DNA of 64,000 nucleotides from NCBI GenBank assembly GCA_963666285.1, contig OY762711.1. One strand, 5' to 3'. The notes beneath the pieces were generated by a model that was not told the origin of the DNA, ran no database searches, and saw nothing but the letters and a program-made list of their open reading frames with translations. This document shows, one piece after another, positions 60,342-64,000 of this stretch (position 1 is its first letter; each line of letters opens with the position of its first letter). This DNA comes from Sedimentisphaerales bacterium (GTDB lineage Bacteria > Planctomycetota > Phycisphaerae > Sedimentisphaerales > SM23-30). A program made the translations under genes and the position numbers.

Positions 60342-60695
60342 TGGCTGTTACGGAAGAGAATGCGTAAAATAAGACCTTCTGTGTGGAAATAGCCTGAAGC
60401 TGGAGTTCAATAATACTTAGATATTAAGTAAATTGACCAGCCCAAAGCCATTTCTATAGTAATGGTAAATACCTTGTGTATGATTGTGTTTGTGAACATT
60501 TTTAGTTTAATCTTAGTATTATATTTAGAGGTTACAAGCTTAAGTGTTATAAGGCATAATCATGTATTGACACTGTAGAAAACCAGCACGCCAACCTGCT
60601 GTCCAGGTGTCCGACAGAATATTAAGGTTATATTTGTAAGTATAACAGCTTATATGTCGGAAGTAGGACAGCCCACCCTATTGAGGTAACCCTGT

Positions 60696-62465
60696 ATGTC
60701 ACGCAGTAAGAAAAAAATGGGCGACATTCTTGTCGAATGGGGCTTAATAGACAAGAAAGAATTAGCAAAAGCAGAAGAAATGGCAGACCATTCGCATCGA
60801 CGATTAAGTGATGTGATAGTTGAAATGGGTCTGGCAGATGAAGATCAGGTAATGAAGGCTTTGGCCCAGCAGTTCGATATGGAATATATCGATCTTGATC
60901 AGCATTCCGTTGAAAAAAGTGCCTTAGAGCTAATACCAGATAAAATAGTACGTGAAAATATTGTGTTGCCATTGGGGCATGAAGGTAACCGCCTGAAGAT
61001 ATTGATTCACGATCCGCTAGATTTAGATATGTTGGATATGCTTCGTTTCAGGCTTAATACCGAGCTGGAATGCTGCTTGAGCCCCAAGAGTAAAATTAAA
61101 CGTTATATTGATACGTTTATGGGTGATAATCTCTCGGCATCAATTGACCAGGAAATCGCGTCAATTGACCAATCAATTGATGCATCGCTGGATAAGTCGC
61201 TGGACTCTTCTATTGACCTTGACAGCCTTGACGCATCAAAGTTAGATGAAGATTCAGCACCAATCGTAAAGCTAATTGGTAAGATAATTGATGAAGCGGT
61301 AAAACTGCGAGCGTCAGATATTCATATTGAGCCGATGGATGATCGTATTCGCGTGCGTTATCGAATAGACGGTGTTTGCGTAGAGCGAGATAATATTCCA
61401 AAGCATTTGCAGAATGTTGTAATGGCACGTTTCAAGATTATGTCGGGAATGGATATTGCGGAAAGGCGAGTTCCGCAGGATGGTCGTATCAAGAAGAATT
61501 GCGGAGGAAAGGATATTGACTTCCGTGTAAGTGCGTTACCAGGTTATCACGGAGAGAGTATTGTACTTCGTATTTTGCGGCCAGATTCGGTTTTGGTTGG
61601 TATCCAGGCTTTAGGTTTCAGTCAGCGAGATTACGATCAGTTCGAGAAGATAATTCGCCGCCCGAATGGTATCTTTCTTGTAACAGGACCAACCGGTTCA
61701 GGAAAAACAACAACTCTATATTCAGCGTTGCAGGTATTGAATCGTCCAGATAAGAAGATAATCACCGCAGAAGATCCAGTGGAATATAACTTTGCCGGTA
61801 TGAACCAATGTCAGGTACGACATGAGATAGGCTTTGATTTTAAGATTATTCTAAGGTCTATGTTACGTCAGGCACCTAATATTATTCTGGTCGGTGAAAT
61901 ACGAGATAAGGAAGTGGCGGATATTGCTATCCAGGCGGCACTAACAGGTCACCTGGTGTTTAGTACACTTCATACGAATGATGCCCCCTCAGCGATTACC
62001 CGTTTGATCGATATGGGAGTAAAACCATTTTTGGTTGCCAGTGCAATCCAGGCGATTATGGCTCAACGTTTGATTCGAGTAATATGTCCGGATTGTAAGG
62101 ACGTTGATCCGAATCCGGATTTGAAGTCTTTGAGGCTGCTTGGATTTTCGGATGATGATGCACGAAACAAGACCTTTTATAAAGGTGTTGGGTGCAAGCG
62201 ATGCCACGGCAGCGGTTATCGTGGTCGAAAGGGTATCTTTGAGATGATGCTGATGAATGGTGAAATACGCGAACTAGCGTTCCAACGTGCACCATCCAAT
62301 AAGATTATGCGTGCGGCTATGGCCAGTGGTATGCTGCCGTTGGTAGAAGATGGCAAGGAAAAGGTTCTCCAGGGAATAACAACACTGGAAGAAGTAGCCC
62401 GTCATGCCCAGATTGAAGGAACAGTTGAAGAGGATATCCTGGTTAACGAAGATGAAGGGATGTAG
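60696..62465 (+). CDS. pilB: Type IV pilus/T2SS assembly ATPase (PilB/GspE) with MshEN-like N-terminus
   Basis: ASDIHIEP, GPTGSGKTTT, EDPVEY, RQAP..ILVGEIRD, GHLVFSTLHTN, tetracysteine site. Confidence 0.93.
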   Translation: MSRSKKKMGDILVEWGLIDKKELAKAEEMADHSHRRLSDVIVEMGLADEDQVMKALAQQFDMEYIDLDQHSVEKSALELIPDKIVRENIVLPLGHEGNRLKILIHDPLDLDMLDMLRFRLNTELECCLSPKSKIKRYIDTFMGDNLSASIDQEIASIDQSIDASLDKSLDSSIDLDSLDASKLDEDSAPIVKLIGKIIDEAVKLRASDIHIEPMDDRIRVRYRIDGVCVERDNIPKHLQNVVMARFKIMSGMDIAERRVPQDGRIKKNCGGKDIDFRVSALPGYHGESIVLRILRPDSVLVGIQALGFSQRDYDQFEKIIRRPNGIFLVTGPTGSGKTTTLYSALQVLNRPDKKIITAEDPVEYNFAGMNQCQVRHEIGFDFKIILRSMLRQAPNIILVGEIRDKEVADIAIQAALTGHLVFSTLHTNDAPSAITRLIDMGVKPFLVASAIQAIMAQRLIRVICPDCKDVDPNPDLKSLRLLGFSDDDARNKTFYKGVGCKRCHGSGYRGRKGIFEMMLMNGEIRELAFQRAPSNKIMRAAMASGMLPLVEDGKEKVLQGITTLEEVARHAQIEGTVEEDILVNEDEGM

Positions 62466-62574
62466 TAAATATAAATAAAGGATTTTGTAAATATATAACG
62501 TTATTTGAGAGTGACATTCAGATTATCCGGCAGGGCTGTATACAGCCTGCCTGTTAGAAGAGGAAAATAGATTT

Positions 62575-63723
62575 ATGTCTGCCCCACAACCACAACAGCA
62601 GCAGCAACAGAAGATGATTCATATTGACCGTGTTCTTGAAACATGTATCAAGCAGGGCGGTTCGGATATTCATATTGTAACAGGTCGTCCGCCGGTATTA
62701 CGTTTACATGGCGGTCTTCGATCACTGGATACCAAAACTCTGGATTCTGATGATACCCAGGCGATAATGAAGTCGATTACACCGGACCGTAACCAGCATG
62801 AGCTTCAGGAAAGCGGTTCGACAGACTTTGGTTTTGCTTTTGGTGATAAGGGTCGTTTTCGAGTATCCGTGTTTCGTCAGCGTGGCGATATCTCTATTGT
62901 ACTGCGTTTGATTCCTAACCAGCTTTTGAGTTTTGATACAATTGGCTTGCCAGATCAGATAGCCGAGTTATGCCGCAGGCCACAGGGTATGTTTTTGGTA
63001 ACAGGACCTACCGGTTCTGGTAAATCAACTACCCTGGCGAGTATGATTAACTATATTAACGAAAATATCGACCACCATATAATTACTGTGGAAGACCCAA
63101 TTGAGTACTATCATTATCATAAGAAATCGGTAGTAAATCAGCGTGAAATCGGTAATGATGTACCGACATTTGCCGAGGCATTACGTCGTGCACTGCGTCA
63201 GGACCCGGATGTAATTCTGGTAGGTGAGTTGCGAGACTTAGAAACAATTGAAGCTGCGGTAGCTGCGGCAGAAACCGGTCACTTGGTATTCAGTACCCTG
63301 CATACAACAGGTTGCCAGGGAACCATTACCCGTTTGATTGATGCGTTCCCTGTAAACCAGCAGGAGCAGATTCGTGTACAGCTGTCAACTAACCTGATCG
63401 CAGTTTTGAGTCAGACATTATGTAAACGCCGCGGTGGAAAAGGTCGAATAGCCGGTTATGAGTTTATGATGGTAACACCAGCGATATCTAACTTAATTCG
63501 CGAGAATAAGACCTATCGTATTAACTCAGCGATTCAGACAGGTAAGAAATTTGGTATGCAATTAATGGACGATCATCTCTGGGAACATTATACCAAGAAG
63601 ATAATAGATGAGCGAGAGGCACTGGATAAAGCTCGTTATCCAGAACATATGCTAGAGAAGATATCAAAGTTAAAGATGGGTTTATCGTTAGAAGAAGAGA
63701 ATAATAACGCTGAAGAAAAATAA
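62575..63723 (+). CDS. pilT: Type IV pilus retraction ATPase
   Basis: SDIHI, GPTGSGKSTT, EDPIEY, LRQDPDVILVGELRD, AISNLIRE. Confidence 0.95.
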   Translation: MSAPQPQQQQQQKMIHIDRVLETCIKQGGSDIHIVTGRPPVLRLHGGLRSLDTKTLDSDDTQAIMKSITPDRNQHELQESGSTDFGFAFGDKGRFRVSVFRQRGDISIVLRLIPNQLLSFDTIGLPDQIAELCRRPQGMFLVTGPTGSGKSTTLASMINYINENIDHHIITVEDPIEYYHYHKKSVVNQREIGNDVPTFAEALRRALRQDPDVILVGELRDLETIEAAVAAAETGHLVFSTLHTTGCQGTITRLIDAFPVNQQEQIRVQLSTNLIAVLSQTLCKRRGGKGRIAGYEFMMVTPAISNLIRENKTYRINSAIQTGKKFGMQLMDDHLWEHYTKKIIDEREALDKARYPEHMLEKISKLKMGLSLEEENNNAEEK

Positions 63724-63796
63724 AGAATCAATATTAATTTGGAACTATAAATAAAAATAACTCGCAAACTGTAGATTTCAGTTTGAGGATTTGATT

Positions 63797-64000
63797 ATGG
63801 CAACAATACCGCCGGTAGAAAAATTAAAAGGTCGTCCGCTTGGCCGTGCATTAATAAAGATGGGTATTCTAACCCGAGATAAAGTGCATGAAGCTCTAAA
63901 TATCCAGAAGTCAGCAAATCGAAAGAACCCCATAGGTCAGATATTACTTGATCTGGGTTATGTGACAGAGAAAGATCTTCGTTTGGCTTTGGCATTTCAG
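63797..64000 (+). CDS. Second PilB/GspE-type ATPase, N-terminal MshEN domain (truncated at window end)
   Basis: Manual translation MATIPPVEKLKGRPLGRALIKMGIL...ALNIQ...PIGQILLDLG...ALAFQ; GAGG RBS. Confidence 0.8.
   Translation, partial: MATIPPVEKLKGRPLGRALIKMGILTRDKVHEALNIQKSANRKNPIGQILLDLGYVTEKDLRLALAFQ

Overview
AT-rich bacterial chromosomal window, most likely a Planctomycetota genome (Phycisphaerae/Sedimentisphaerales-like). The assignment is inferred from the prepilin H-X9-DG gene, the ECF sigma/FecR/LamG cluster with a dockerin-like tail, the VPAPG-type PEP-CTERM proteins, and the rpsP-trmD-rplS order lacking rimM. Housekeeping blocks are amtB-glnK, yidC, ffh-rpsP-trmD-rplS-yraN, pta-ackA, pgsA, murE and pilB-pilT-pilB2. 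They are interleaved with accessory CAZyme (GH110-, GH105- and GH14-like), Sel1/ankyrin/TPR and chemoreceptor genes. No rRNA, tRNA, CRISPR array, intact transposase, integrase or reverse transcriptase was seen. The strongest leads are five: (1) a stand-alone paralog of the Ffh/SRP54 M domain directly behind ffh, with the RNA-binding Arg/GSG motif replaced by acidic residues; (2) a duplicated PEP-CTERM locus pairing a conserved surface protein with divergent proteins bearing Cys-Gln thioester-domain motifs, each module preceded by a shared leader motif; (3) a co-oriented dispersed hairpin repeat family bracketing accessory genes; (4) ~145-bp direct repeats separating cassette-like genes after murE; (5) a candidate structured RNA upstream of a carbonic anhydrase-like gene. 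All calls come from reading the sequence by eye; no searches were run.
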